Shown here one piece after another: positions 44,790 through 54,421 of a DNA stretch of 64,000 bases. Numbering within the stretch: position 1 is the stretch's first letter; the number at the start of each line of letters is the position of its first letter. The position numbers and the translations under genes are program-made. Source of the stretch: an uncultured Chromatiales bacterium (GTDB lineage Bacteria; Bacteroidota; Ignavibacteria; SZUA-365); the NCBI GenBank assembly GCA_964448285.1, contig CAYUWG010000013.1, positions 10,970 through 74,969 of the forward strand. The letters run 5' to 3'. The notes under the pieces are model-generated. The model saw only the letters and a program-made list of their open reading frames with translations. It made no database searches and was not told the DNA's origin.

Positions 44790-47273
44790 TTGAACAGAAT
44801 TCATGCGAACACGAGCTTATCAGCGTTCGCTGTGCGCTATGGACTGCTGTTCATTCTCTTTCTGAGTAGTCATCTCATTCCCGAGTCGGCCGTCAGCCAG
44901 CAAAAGGCGATCGATTCTTTGCGCATCGCTGACCGGATTGGGAAGAACGATATTCAGCATGTCAACGATTTGAACAAGCTCGGGTATCTCCTTCAGTCCG
45001 TCAACCCATCGGAAGCCGATTCGCTTCACCACCGAGCACTGACTCTTGCCGAAAAGCTTCGCTTCAAGAAAGGCATCGCCGAGGCGTACGGAAATCTTGG
45101 AAACATCAAGAGCAACCAGGGAAAGTATGATGACGCGATGGAGCTGTATGAGCGCTCGATGAAAATACGCACGGAGATCGGTGACAAGCGGGGAATCGCC
45201 GGAAGCAATCTGAGTTTCGGAAACATCCTCTTCAAGAAGGGCCAACTTCAGCAGGCGATGGAGCGATTTCGTACAGCGGTGGAATACTATAAGGAACTGA
45301 ACGATACCGAGAACCTTCCGGTCGCATACAACAATCTCGGCCTGACCTATCGTGTCCTTGGCGATCATCCCAAGGCAATGTCGCTCTACGTGCAAGCTCT
45401 CGCACTCGCGCGTGAGATGAACAACAAACGGGGAGAAGCCAGCGCGCTGAACAACATCGGAGTGATTTACCAGAAGATGATGAACGACTCACTCGCGATG
45501 GAGTATTATCAGCAGGCACTTGCGCTCAGAATGGAGTTAGGCGATAAAAAGGGAATGCTCAGTTGCTATACGAATTTGGGTGAAATTCACAGTGGACGAG
45601 GACAAAAGGAGACGGCGCTTGAATACTACCAACAAGCCTACGATTTAGCCGTTGAACTTGCCGACCGAAAGAACAGTGCGATGATTCTTGCAAACATGGG
45701 CGTCATCACCATGAGCAAGAAGGAGTATCCTCTTGCGGAACAGCGCTTTCGCGAAGCGCTGGATTTGCAGCGGAAACTCAATGACCAGCGTGCTATCGCT
45801 CATAGCTTGATCAATCTTGGAGTCTTGAACTCCGATATGGGGAACTACCAGGAAGCACACCGTTTCATCGGGGAAGGGCTTTCACTTGGACGCACGTTGA
45901 AAGCCAACGAAACGATCAAGGATGGTTTGTACGCGCTGAGCAGACTGCATCTTCGCGAGAACAACATCGAGGAAGCCTACAAAGCGCACGTCGAACTGTC
46001 GCAGGTAAAGGATTCGTTGTTCAACATCGAGAAGACGAAACAGATCGCAGAGATGCGGGAAAAATTCGATGCGGAATCACGTGAGAAAGCAATTCAGCTG
46101 CTGAACAAGGAAAGTGAGATTCGGGAACTCGAACTTCAGCGCAAGGAAGAAGCGCTCATGAGGCAAACGCTGGAGACGGAAAAAGTACAACGGGAGCGCG
46201 AATTGAAGGTGCTCGAATTGGCAAAGAAGGAGACCGAACTTCGGCAGCAGCATCTTGAAGTGGAATCCCGTGGAAGAAAGATAGAACTGCTGAACAAGGA
46301 CAAGCTCCTGCAGGAAGCGGAATTGGATAACGAGCGGTTCTTCCGCAATGCGTCCATCGCCGGCTTGGTTGCGATCCTCATCATCACCGCGCTGCTGTAT
46401 AACCGCTATCTCTTTCGCAAACGCTTGACGGCGCAATTGCAGGATGCCCTCGATACGGTGCAAAAGGCACAGCAGCAGTTGATTCAGTCGGAGAAAATGG
46501 CTTCGCTCGGACAACTCACCGCCGGCATCGCTCACGAGATTCAGAACCCGCTGAACTTCGTCAATAATTTTTCCGAGTTGATGTCGGAAATATCAGATGA
46601 AGCGCTCGCTGAAATCCTCGGCGACCCGAACAGAACCGATATGGAAAAGCTCTCTGAAATCCGATCGGTCTTGGAGGAAATAAAAGCGAACTCCGAGAAG
46701 GTGACGTATCATGGAAAGCGCGCAGGAGACATCATCCGGCAGATGCTGATGCACTCACGAAATACCGGGATGAAGTACTCGAAGGAAGATGTGAACAAGG
46801 TTCTGCAGGAAATCATCACGCTTGCCTACCATGGGCGTCACGCACAAATGGAAGATTTCAGTGTGACGATAAAGAAAGAATTCGCTCCCGACCTTCCTCC
46901 CGCACAAATCATGATTCAGGATTTCAGCCGCGTGATCGTGAACCTGCTGAACAACGCCTTCGATGCGGTGCAGGACAAGCGAACGAAGAATCTCAACGGC
47001 TACGCGCCGGCGATCACCATAAAGACACAGCGTGCTTCCAAGCACCTCGAGATTCGCATCCGCGATAACGGGATCGGCATTCCTTCCGATGTGATGGATA
47101 GAATCTTTCAGCCGTTCTTCACGACGAAGCCGACCGGTCAGGGGACTGGGCTTGGATTATCACTTGCCTACGAAATCATCACGAAAGGACATCACGGCAG
47201 TATCCGTGTCGAAAGCGAAGTGGATACGTTCACGGAGTTCGTTGTGTCGTTGCCGACGGCGGATGGTGTATAG
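44790..47273 (+). CDS. TPR-repeat sensor histidine kinase
   Basis: About 9 TPR repeats (AYGNLGNI...AL.L). A TM segment and a coiled coil. HisKA region ASLGQLTAGIAHEIQNPLNF. HATPase_c region (DNGIGIP...GTGLGLSL). Coordinates from the ORF track; the stop position disagrees with the printed lines by 1 nt. Confidence 0.8.
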   Translation: MNRIHANTSLSAFAVRYGLLFILFLSSHLIPESAVSQQKAIDSLRIADRIGKNDIQHVNDLNKLGYLLQSVNPSEADSLHHRALTLAEKLRFKKGIAEAYGNLGNIKSNQGKYDDAMELYERSMKIRTEIGDKRGIAGSNLSFGNILFKKGQLQQAMERFRTAVEYYKELNDTENLPVAYNNLGLTYRVLGDHPKAMSLYVQALALAREMNNKRGEASALNNIGVIYQKMMNDSLAMEYYQQALALRMELGDKKGMLSCYTNLGEIHSGRGQKETALEYYQQAYDLAVELADRKNSAMILANMGVITMSKKEYPLAEQRFREALDLQRKLNDQRAIAHSLINLGVLNSDMGNYQEAHRFIGEGLSLGRTLKANETIKDGLYALSRLHLRENNIEEAYKAHVELSQVKDSLFNIEKTKQIAEMREKFDAESREKAIQLLNKESEIRELELQRKEEALMRQTLETEKVQRERELKVLELAKKETELRQQHLEVESRGRKIELLNKDKLLQEAELDNERFFRNASIAGLVAILIITALLYNRYLFRKRLTAQLQDALDTVQKAQQQLIQSEKMASLGQLTAGIAHEIQNPLNFVNNFSELMSEISDEALAEILGDPNRTDMEKLSEIRSVLEEIKANSEKVTYHGKRAGDIIRQMLMHSRNTGMKYSKEDVNKVLQEIITLAYHGRHAQMEDFSVTIKKEFAPDLPPAQIMIQDFSRVIVNLLNNAFDAVQDKRTKNLNGYAPAITIKTQRASKHLEIRIRDNGIGIPSDVMDRIFQPFFTTKPTGQGTGLGLSLAYEIITKGHHGSIRVESEVDTFTEFVVSLPTADGV

Positions 47274-47274
47274 C

Positions 47275-47440
47275 GTATAGCGTATAGCTGATGGCTGATG
47301 GCTGATGGGGTATGGCTGATTGCTGATGGGGTATGGCGTATGGCTGATGGGGTATGGCTGATGGGGTATGGCTGATGGCGTATGGCTGATGGCGTATGGC
47401 TGATGGCGTATAGCTGATAGCGTCATCGTTCTGAGCGTAG
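47275..47440. repeat. 14-nt tandem repeat GGCTGATGG(G/C)GTAT, about 10 copies (minisatellite)
   Basis: Read directly: ...gctgatggctgatggctgatggggtatggctgattgctgatggggtatggcgtatggctgatggggtat... Lies between convergent genes. It generates spurious PYAISHT-repeat ORFs on the minus strand. Confidence 0.85.
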
Positions 47441-47498
47441 TCTCGAAGGACGCTCACAGTAACAGTCCCGGAGGGACGACCTATCGGAAGACTGAATT

Positions 47499-48479
47499 CT
47501 ATTTCAGAAGATCTGAAACCACGTCGCGTTCTTCTCGGAGTTCCTGAAGCGTCGCTTGAATTTTTTGTTTCGCGAAATCGTTGTGCGAGAGTCCCTGGAC
47601 GATGGACCACTTTCCGTTTCCTTCCAAACGCAGGGGGAAAGAGAAAAGCAATCCTTCATCGATCCCATAACTTCCGTCCGAAGGAACTGCGGCGGAGAAC
47701 CAATCACCTTCGGGCGTTGGATTGAGGAAGCGTTTCACATGCTCGATTGCGGAGTTCGCCGCCGAAAACGCCGACGAGCTTCCGCGCGCTTCGATGATCG
47801 CAGCACCGCGCTGCTGTACGGTCTTGATCAAATCGCTCCTGAGCCACTCGTGATGCGTGATAACTTCCGTGGCCGGTTTCCCGCCGATCTTTGCGTTCTC
47901 TGCGTCGGGATACTGCGTTGCGGAGTGGTTGCCCCAGATCGCCATGTTCGTGACGGATGAAACGCCAACGCCTGCTTTCATCGCGAGTTGTGCCTTCGCG
48001 CGATTTTCATCGAGCATAGTCATCGCCGTGAAACGGTTTGCGGGAACGCCGCTCGCGTTGTTCATCGCAATGAGGCAATTCGTATTGCAGGGGTTTCCGA
48101 CGACGACGATCATGACGTCATCGGCGGCTTTCGTGAGCGCATTTCCCTGCCCGACGAAGATCGGTCCGTTATCGCGGATCAAATCCTTACGCTCCATGCC
48201 TTTCGTGCGTGGTTTCGAACCGATGAGCAGAGTCCAGTTCGCACCAGCAAAGGCGCTATCGGCATTATCGAAAACATCGATCGAATCCAGGAGCGGGAAT
48301 GCGCAATCGTTCAGTTCCATGACGACGCCGTCGAGGGCTTTCATTGCGACGGGCAGTTCGAGCAGGCGCAGACGAATCCGCGTGTCGTGTCCAAATACTT
48401 CTCCGGAAGCAAGGCGGGGAAGGATCGCATATCCGATTGCGCCGGCAGCTCCCGTAACGGCAACTGTAATTGATTTCAT
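47499..48479 (-). CDS. mdh: malate dehydrogenase (NAD-dependent, LDH/MDH superfamily, MDH type 2)
   Basis: [25 protein letters not shown] Rossmann motif. [15 protein letters not shown] and [11 protein letters not shown] catalytic-region motifs typical of cytosolic-type MDH. Confidence 0.9.
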   Translation of the reverse strand: MKSITVAVTGAAGAIGYAILPRLASGEVFGHDTRIRLRLLELPVAMKALDGVVMELNDCAFPLLDSIDVFDNADSAFAGANWTLLIGSKPRTKGMERKDLIRDNGPIFVGQGNALTKAADDVMIVVVGNPCNTNCLIAMNNASGVPANRFTAMTMLDENRAKAQLAMKAGVGVSSVTNMAIWGNHSATQYPDAENAKIGGKPATEVITHHEWLRSDLIKTVQQRGAAIIEARGSSSAFSAANSAIEHVKRFLNPTPEGDWFSAAVPSDGSYGIDEGLLFSFPLRLEGNGKWSIVQGLSHNDFAKQKIQATLQELREERDVVSDLLK

Positions 48480-48578
48480 GAATGAATCTCCTTAAAACTT
48501 CTCGTGGGATGGTTTCGCACGAACCGTGCACGACAAATGTAACGAAATCACCCTCGGTGTGCGATGACCTTTATCACG

Positions 48579-49706
48579 TCACCCGCTCGAACGGCCTTTC
48601 CACGCAGCCCACTGTGCGAAGACGAACTCACGGATGCGTTCGCGAAAGACCTGCTTATCGAAACGCTCAGCGTGCTTTCGGATTTGCAGAGGATCGAAAC
48701 GCTGCTGCTGAAACGCGAGCACGGCGTTCGTGAGTGATTCGACGGTCTGTTCTTCGAAGTGCAGGCCGCTCAGGTTGGGTATCACCGTCTCCGTCGCGCC
48801 GCCGCGTCCGAAAGCGATAACGGGTTTTCCGCATGACATGGCTTCGACGGGAACGATGCCGAAGTCCTCTTCGCCGGGGAAGAGCAACGCCTTACACTCT
48901 GTGTATGCACGCGCGATTTCCCCGTCCTCACGCCAGCCCTCGAACGTGATGGATGCGCCCGCAAGCGATTCGAGCTTCCGCCGCTCCGGGCCTTCGCCGA
49001 TAATACGCAGCGGCAGATTCAGCCTGTTGAACGCTTCGACTGCAAGCTCGACCTTCTTGTACGGCACGAGCGCTGAGACGATGAGATAGAAATCCTTCGA
49101 GAACTCCGACACTGTGAACCGCGAAATATCCACGGGCGGATAAATCACCACAGCGTCACGATCGTAATGGCGTTGTATGCGCTTGCGGACGTGTTCCGAG
49201 TTTGCAATGAAGGCGTGAACGCGATTGCACGTGCGCACGTCCCAGCGCCGAAGCCGAGAAGCGATCATCATGATCAGAGCGCGCTTCAACTTGCCGACTT
49301 GTGCGGTTGAGAAGTACTGGTCGAACATATCCCAGACATAGCGCATCGGCGTGTGCACGTAGGAGATGTGGAGCGCACCGGGACGCGGCCTGATTCCTTT
49401 CGCAACGGCGTGCGATGAAGAGAGGATCAAGTCGAAGCCGGACATGTCGAAGCGCTCGATTGCAAACGGATAGAGCGGCAGGTAGGAACGGTATCGGCTC
49501 TCGATGACCGGCATTCGCTGGAGGAAGCTCGTTCGGATTTCATGCATGCGAATGGTCTCACTTGCCTTCTCAGGAAAAGCGATGAGCGTATGGATTGGTG
49601 CGGCGGGGAAGAGTTCGCAAAAAACCTCCAACACCTTCTCGCCTCCGCGCATACCGGTGATCCAGTCGTGGGCGAGTGCTATGTTCAGTGATTGTTCTTC
49701 AGTCAT
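48579..49706 (-). CDS. GT4-family glycosyltransferase
   Basis: MTEEQSLNIALAHDWITGMRGGEKVLE N-terminus. C-terminal EGFGIVPVEAMSCGKPVIA (E-x7-E GT4 motif). Track N-terminal extension rejected; it translates the upstream GGTAAAG repeats. Confidence 0.8.
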   Translation of the reverse strand: MTEEQSLNIALAHDWITGMRGGEKVLEVFCELFPAAPIHTLIAFPEKASETIRMHEIRTSFLQRMPVIESRYRSYLPLYPFAIERFDMSGFDLILSSSHAVAKGIRPRPGALHISYVHTPMRYVWDMFDQYFSTAQVGKLKRALIMMIASRLRRWDVRTCNRVHAFIANSEHVRKRIQRHYDRDAVVIYPPVDISRFTVSEFSKDFYLIVSALVPYKKVELAVEAFNRLNLPLRIIGEGPERRKLESLAGASITFEGWREDGEIARAYTECKALLFPGEEDFGIVPVEAMSCGKPVIAFGRGGATETVIPNLSGLHFEEQTVESLTNAVLAFQQQRFDPLQIRKHAERFDKQVFRERIREFVFAQWAAWKGRSSG

Positions 49707-49734
49707 AGTGACAAACAAGGTTAGTGACAAAGAT

Positions 49735-49806
49735 AGGGGGAAGAGGGAAGAGTTTGAGGTTGTGAAAAGGTAAAGGGTGAAGAGGTAAAGGGTAAAGGGG
49801 TAAAGA
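49735..49806. repeat. array of 7-8-bp direct repeats (GGGAAGAG / GGTAAAGG / GGTGAAGA), left arm of inverted pair
   Basis: gggaagagggaagag...ggtaaagggtgaagaggtaaagggtaaaggggtaaag. Its reverse-complement counterpart lies at 50634-50689. Confidence 0.8.
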
Positions 49807-49876
49807 GCGAACATGTCCCTCTTGAGGTTGTCTTCGCTGGCTTGCAATTCATCGGCGAAACAGGGTGACGATGAAT

Positions 49877-50550
49877 ATATCCCCCCTTGAGGGGGGCAGG
49901 GGGGTGACAAGCGCACACGTTCGTACATCCTGAAGATGCGATCGCTTCAAACCCGCGAGCATCAGCAATACAACCGGACTCACCTGAGAGTGAGGGAGAG
50001 CGACGGCAATTCCACAATGCGTCGATTAAATCCGTGTAGGGGCGAGGTGACCTCGCCCCTACGTGCTCGGCATTTTAATCCACGCGCGTACGAGGCGCGC
50101 GACTCCTCCCCCTGCCCCCTCCAGAGGGGGAGAGCTTATTTCAATTGACACGCGCACGAGGTATTCTCAAGAAAGATCTGAAAGAGAACATATCCCGCCT
50201 TGAGGGGGGCAGGGGGGTGACAAGCGCACACGTTCGTACATCCTGAAGCTGCGATCGCTTCAAACCCGAGCGCATCAGCAATACAACCGGACTCACCTGA
50301 GAGTGAGGGAGAGCGACGGCAATTCCACAATGCGTCGATTAAATCCGTGTAGGGGCGAGGTGACCTCGCCCCTACGTGCTCGGCATTTTAATCCACGCGC
50401 GTACGAGGCGCGCGACTCCTCCCCCTGCCCCCTCCAGAGGGGGAGAGCTTATTTCAATTGACACGCGCACGAGGTATTCTCAAGAAAGATCTGAAGGTGA
50501 ACATATCCCTCCTTGAGGGGGCAGGGGGGTGGCGAGCACACACACGCCGT
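49877..50550. repeat. 313-bp tandem direct repeat, 2 full copies plus partial third
   Basis: Unit starts atatcccc(c/g)ccttgaggggggcaggggggtgacaagcgcacacg at about 49877, 50190 and 50503 (period 313, about 98% identity between copies 1 and 2). Each unit contains a perfect 12-bp-stem hairpin GTAGGGGCGAGGtgacCCTCGCCCCTAC and a distal complement pair gggggcagggggg / ccccctgcccccc. Confidence 0.9.
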
Positions 50551-50633
50551 TGATCCCGCGATCATCCTTCTGCTGCGTTCAGGATTCGGCTGCGCTCAGG
50601 ATGATGAAGAAGGAGTGACATTTCCGAAAACCA

Positions 50634-50689
50634 CCTTTACTCCTTCACCTCTTCACCTCTTTACCTCTTTACCTCTTCACCCTTTCACC
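50634..50689. repeat. array of seven 8-bp repeats CTCTT(T/C)AC, right arm (inverted) of the GGTAAAG-type repeat pair; overlaps the last codons of mfd
   Basis: cctttactccttcacctcttcacctctttacctctttacctcttcaccctttcacc is the reverse complement of the 49735-49806 array. Confidence 0.8.
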
Positions 50690-53600
50690 AATTCACTGAT
50701 ATCGAGAAGCAGTGTTCGGACTTCGAGGGGGTTCTCGATGTCACGAATGATCAACCTCACCTGTTTCTTGTCTTGTTCTAATTTCGTTTTCTCCGGGTGG
50801 GCGCTCACCCAGTCCATCAGAGACGGGAAGAAGGTTACATAGAATTCTTCGTCGGAGTTTGGCGGGAGAGCGAGCGTGAGTTGCTTCGCTTCGAGCGTTA
50901 CGCGCGAAAGGCGAATGGTGGACGCGAGCAGGCGCAGGCGCACGACGAACAGCAGGTTCTCGACTTCAGTCGGCAGCAAACTGAACCGGTCGAAAAGCTC
51001 TTCTTCGATTTCCCGTATCTCCGTTTCCGACTCGGAGGTGTAGAGGCGCTTGTAGATGTCGAAGCGTTCGGTCGCATTGGGAATGAAGGTCTGCGGGAGG
51101 TATGCGTCGATGCCCAACTCCATCACGACGTCGGGGCGTTTCTTCGGCGCTGCGGGGACAGCGTCTCCGAAAACGTTTTGGAATTCGCTCTGCTTGAGTT
51201 CCCCGACGGTTTCCTCCACCGTTGCAAGGTAGAGTTCGAAACCGATCTCGGTAATGAAACCGCTCTGCTCTGCGCCTAAGAGATTTCCCGCGCCGCGAAT
51301 CTCGAGGTCGCGCATGGCGAGTTGAAAGCCGGAGCTTAGCTCGGAGAATTCCTCGATTGCCTGCAGGCGCTTCAATGCATCGCGCGAGAGTTTCTTCTGT
51401 TCGTTGACGAGCAGGTACGCGTACGCCTGAACGTTCGAGCGTCCGACGCGGCCTCGCAGTTGATATAACTCCGCAAGGCCGAAGCGCTCCGCGCGATGGA
51501 TGAAGATCGTGTTCGCGTTCGGAATGTCTAATCCGGACTCGACGATTTTCGTTGTGACGAGCACGTCGATCTTCTTTTCGAGGAAGCGCATCATGACGCG
51601 TTCGAGTTCGGTGGCGTTCATCTGGCCGTGCGCGATGCCGAGCCGCACGCCGGGAATGTACGAGCGAATCTTATCGGCGAGAAGTTCGAGGTCGGATATG
51701 CGGTCGTTGACGAAATAGATTTGTCCTCCACGCGCAATCTCGCGTTGGATGCCTTCGGCGACGACGTTCTTCGTCATCGGCAAAATGACGGTGACGATCG
51801 GAAGCCGGTTCTTCGGCGGCGTTTCGATGACGGAAAGGTCGCGCGCGCCGAGAAGGGAGAAATTCAGAGTTCGCGGAATCGGCGTGGCGGTCAGGCTCAT
51901 CGTGTCGATGTGTTCCCGCATCTCACGGAGTTTTTCTTTTGCGGCGACTCCGAAGCGATGTTCTTCATCGATGATGAGGAGGCCAAGGTCTTTGAACTCC
52001 ACGTCCTTGCTCAGCAGGCGATGCGTCCCGATGATGATATCGATGCGTCCTGCTTTGAGTCGTCGCAGCGTGTCCTTCATCGCGGTGCCGGTTTTGAATC
52101 GTGAGAGCACGTCGGTTTGCGCGGAGTAGCGATGGAGGCGGTCGTTGAACGTGTTGAAATGCTGCTGCGCGAGAATCGTCGTCGGTACGAGTACGGCGAC
52201 CTGCTTGCCGTCGAGCACGGCCTTGAATGCGGCGCGAATCGCGACTTCCGTCTTTCCATATCCAACGTCGCCGCAGATCAAGCGGTCCATCGGGACGGGA
52301 GTGCACATGTCCTTCTTCACGTCGAGCGTCGCCTGATATTGGTCGGGCGTGTCTTCGTACATGAATGACGCTTCCATTTCCTTTTGCCACTGCGTGTCCT
52401 GGGTGAACATAAAGCCCTTCGCCATTTTTCTCCGGGCGTAAAGCGTAATCAGGTTGCGCGCGATTTCTTTTATCCGCCGCTTCGTCTTATCCCGTATGCG
52501 ATCCCATTCGCCGCTGCCGAGTTTCGAGAGCTTCGGAGTGTAGCCCTCGTTCGCGGTGTATTTCTGAAGGCGGTTGAGGTAATTGAGATTCACGTAGAGG
52601 ACGTCGTTTTCCGCATAGAGGATCTTCGCAGTTTCCTGCAGTCCACCGGCGACGGAGATCGTTTCGAAGCCTGCGAATTTTCCGATTCCTTTGTCGGTGT
52701 GCACGACGTAATCGCCGACGTGGAGCTGGCGCATTTCACGGAGCGATAATCCTTTCGGAGTGCGTTTCTTTTCCGCGCGCACAGGCCTGCGATTGAACAC
52801 CTGATGTTCGGTGATGATAGCAAGCTTGGCGCGGGGCAGAATGAAGCCGCGTGAGAGAGGGACGAAATGCACCGTGTGAAGATCAGGTGCGGGAAGTTCG
52901 TCGCTGCCGTTTGCGAGAATGTCCGTGAAGCGCGCGGCCTGCTGTTCGGAATCCGCGAGAAGGAAGACACGGAAGCTTTGCTCGGCGAATTCATCGAGAA
53001 CGCTTCGCAGCATCGCAACCGAGCCGTTGAACGCAGGCTGGGCATCGCTGCCAAAGTCGAGCGCCGGACCGTGAGGTTTCAGCAGCGGAAGCTCCAGCGT
53101 TTGAAAGGGTTCGATCGCATCGCGAAACACTCCTTCGAGTTTGGCTTTCTCGGCCGCGCGTTCGATCTCTTCGATCCGGTGAAGAACGATGACCGCATCG
53201 GAAGAGAAGCACGACGTCATGAGATTGCGTTCCGATGTTTCGGCATCCAAGAACAACGACGTGATGAAGCTGACCGTGTCGAGCGACCGGATGGACCTCT
53301 GGCTGATTGCATCGAACTCTCGAATCGAATCGATTTCATCGCCAAAGAACTCGATGCGCAACGGGTGGGAAAAACCCGGCGGAAAGACGTCCACGATTCC
53401 GCCGCGCACCGCGAATTCGCCGTGGGTCGTGACGTAGTCCTGCTGGGCAAGGCCGCCGTATGCAAGGCGCCGCACGAAATCCGTTTGCGGATGAATCGCG
53501 CGCGTCTCCAGATGGATAACGTTCGCGGTGACTTCTTCTGAGGCGGGCATCGGTTCGAGAAACGTCTCGATATCCGTTATGACGACTTGCTTCGGTTGTT

Positions 53601-53973
53601 CGATCAGATGGCGCAGGACTTCGGCGTGTTCCGCAAGAGTGTTCTCGATCGTCTTTACCTGTGAGCGGTCGCCATGCCACGCTTCGCCGATAACGCTGAC
53701 CTGTTTATTGGAAAGAAAGAGCGAAACGTCGCCCGCGATTTCCTCTGCGGATTCATGACCGGCCGTGATGATCACGACCTGCCGTCCGCTTTTTTCGAAC
53801 AATTCCGCTGCGAGCAATCCGGGAAGGGAACCGTGCACACCCGTGAGAATCGATTTCTTTTCGTTCGCGCGAAGGACGTGCTCGATGACGGGAGCGCACA
53901 CGTCGGCCTTTCGCAATTCCGCGAGGACGCTCACCGATACATTGCCGCGCTTCTGCGTTCGTGTTTTATTCAT
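50677..53973 (-). CDS. mfd: transcription-repair coupling factor Mfd
   Basis: 1098 aa. UvrB-homology N-terminus, RNAP-interacting domain, DEAD/DEAH box helicase motifs (..GDVGYGKTEVAIRAAF..., DEEHRFG) and the TRCF C-terminal domain. Confidence 0.95.
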   Translation of the reverse strand: MNKTRTQKRGNVSVSVLAELRKADVCAPVIEHVLRANEKKSILTGVHGSLPGLLAAELFEKSGRQVVIITAGHESAEEIAGDVSLFLSNKQVSVIGEAWHGDRSQVKTIENTLAEHAEVLRHLIEQPKQVVITDIETFLEPMPASEEVTANVIHLETRAIHPQTDFVRRLAYGGLAQQDYVTTHGEFAVRGGIVDVFPPGFSHPLRIEFFGDEIDSIREFDAISQRSIRSLDTVSFITSLFLDAETSERNLMTSCFSSDAVIVLHRIEEIERAAEKAKLEGVFRDAIEPFQTLELPLLKPHGPALDFGSDAQPAFNGSVAMLRSVLDEFAEQSFRVFLLADSEQQAARFTDILANGSDELPAPDLHTVHFVPLSRGFILPRAKLAIITEHQVFNRRPVRAEKKRTPKGLSLREMRQLHVGDYVVHTDKGIGKFAGFETISVAGGLQETAKILYAENDVLYVNLNYLNRLQKYTANEGYTPKLSKLGSGEWDRIRDKTKRRIKEIARNLITLYARRKMAKGFMFTQDTQWQKEMEASFMYEDTPDQYQATLDVKKDMCTPVPMDRLICGDVGYGKTEVAIRAAFKAVLDGKQVAVLVPTTILAQQHFNTFNDRLHRYSAQTDVLSRFKTGTAMKDTLRRLKAGRIDIIIGTHRLLSKDVEFKDLGLLIIDEEHRFGVAAKEKLREMREHIDTMSLTATPIPRTLNFSLLGARDLSVIETPPKNRLPIVTVILPMTKNVVAEGIQREIARGGQIYFVNDRISDLELLADKIRSYIPGVRLGIAHGQMNATELERVMMRFLEKKIDVLVTTKIVESGLDIPNANTIFIHRAERFGLAELYQLRGRVGRSNVQAYAYLLVNEQKKLSRDALKRLQAIEEFSELSSGFQLAMRDLEIRGAGNLLGAEQSGFITEIGFELYLATVEETVGELKQSEFQNVFGDAVPAAPKKRPDVVMELGIDAYLPQTFIPNATERFDIYKRLYTSESETEIREIEEELFDRFSLLPTEVENLLFVVRLRLLASTIRLSRVTLEAKQLTLALPPNSDEEFYVTFFPSLMDWVSAHPEKTKLEQDKKQVRLIIRDIENPLEVRTLLLDISELVKG

Positions 53974-54292
53974 TGTCTGCGGGAGATTTACAGAAGGAAA
54001 GCAGGAGAGAATACGGATAGATGCCGGTGCTGTGGCCGTCTTTCCAGATGAACTTCAAGGCGTAATAGCCCTGCGGTTCGATGGATGCAAGCGTAATGGC
54101 GTCACGCGTGAAAAGCGGAATGAAGGAATCGCTCTTCGAACGCGCTTCGGTCAGACACGTGGCGCAAGGGCATCGCTTTCGGAGTTCGGAAAGGAGATAG
54201 AGGCACTCCCGTCCATCCGACCATTGAATGGTCAGGTGCTTGTCGTCAGTGCGTGAGATTTTGATTGGTGTGGGAGAAGAATGAATCGGCAT
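53966..54292 (-). CDS. DUF971 (gamma-butyrobetaine hydroxylase-like N-terminal domain) protein
   Basis: 108 aa from the internal ATG. IQWSDGRECLYLLSELRKRCPCATC...WKDGHSTGIYPYSLL matches DUF971 hallmarks (W.DGH.S, C-P-C-A-x-C). Stop overlaps the mfd start by 8 nt. Confidence 0.7.
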   Translation of the reverse strand: MPIHSSPTPIKISRTDDKHLTIQWSDGRECLYLLSELRKRCPCATCLTEARSKSDSFIPLFTRDAITLASIEPQGYYALKFIWKDGHSTGIYPYSLLLSFCKSPADNE

Positions 54293-54421
54293 GTGGCGAA
54301 ACAATAATGGCGGGCTTTTTCCGGAAGAAAAAAGCCGTGAATGAAAGCCCGGTGTTCCTTCAGCGTGCCGGCAAGACCGGACTGCCTTTATCACCAACCC
54401 GATGCGCCGTACATTTGCAAT

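Noticed and set aside
47160-47610. Minus-strand ORFs of 88 and 126 aa with PYAISHTPSAI peptide repeats
   Set aside because: They are translations of the 14-nt minisatellite between the kinase and mdh and have no independent coding evidence.
49877-50550. Possible CRISPR array suggested by repeated GC-rich palindromic units
   Set aside because: The repeat period is 313 bp with no unique spacers of 25-40 bp, copies are near-identical over their full length, and no cas genes are nearby. It is a long tandem duplication, not a CRISPR array.
50513-50842. 109-aa + strand ORF and the 98/64-aa minus-strand ORFs (49721-50017, 50136-50330) in the mfd-GT4 intergenic region
   Set aside because: They span the 313-bp tandem repeat and the 8-bp repeat arrays. 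The identical duplicated mini-ORFs and low-complexity translations indicate non-coding repeat DNA.
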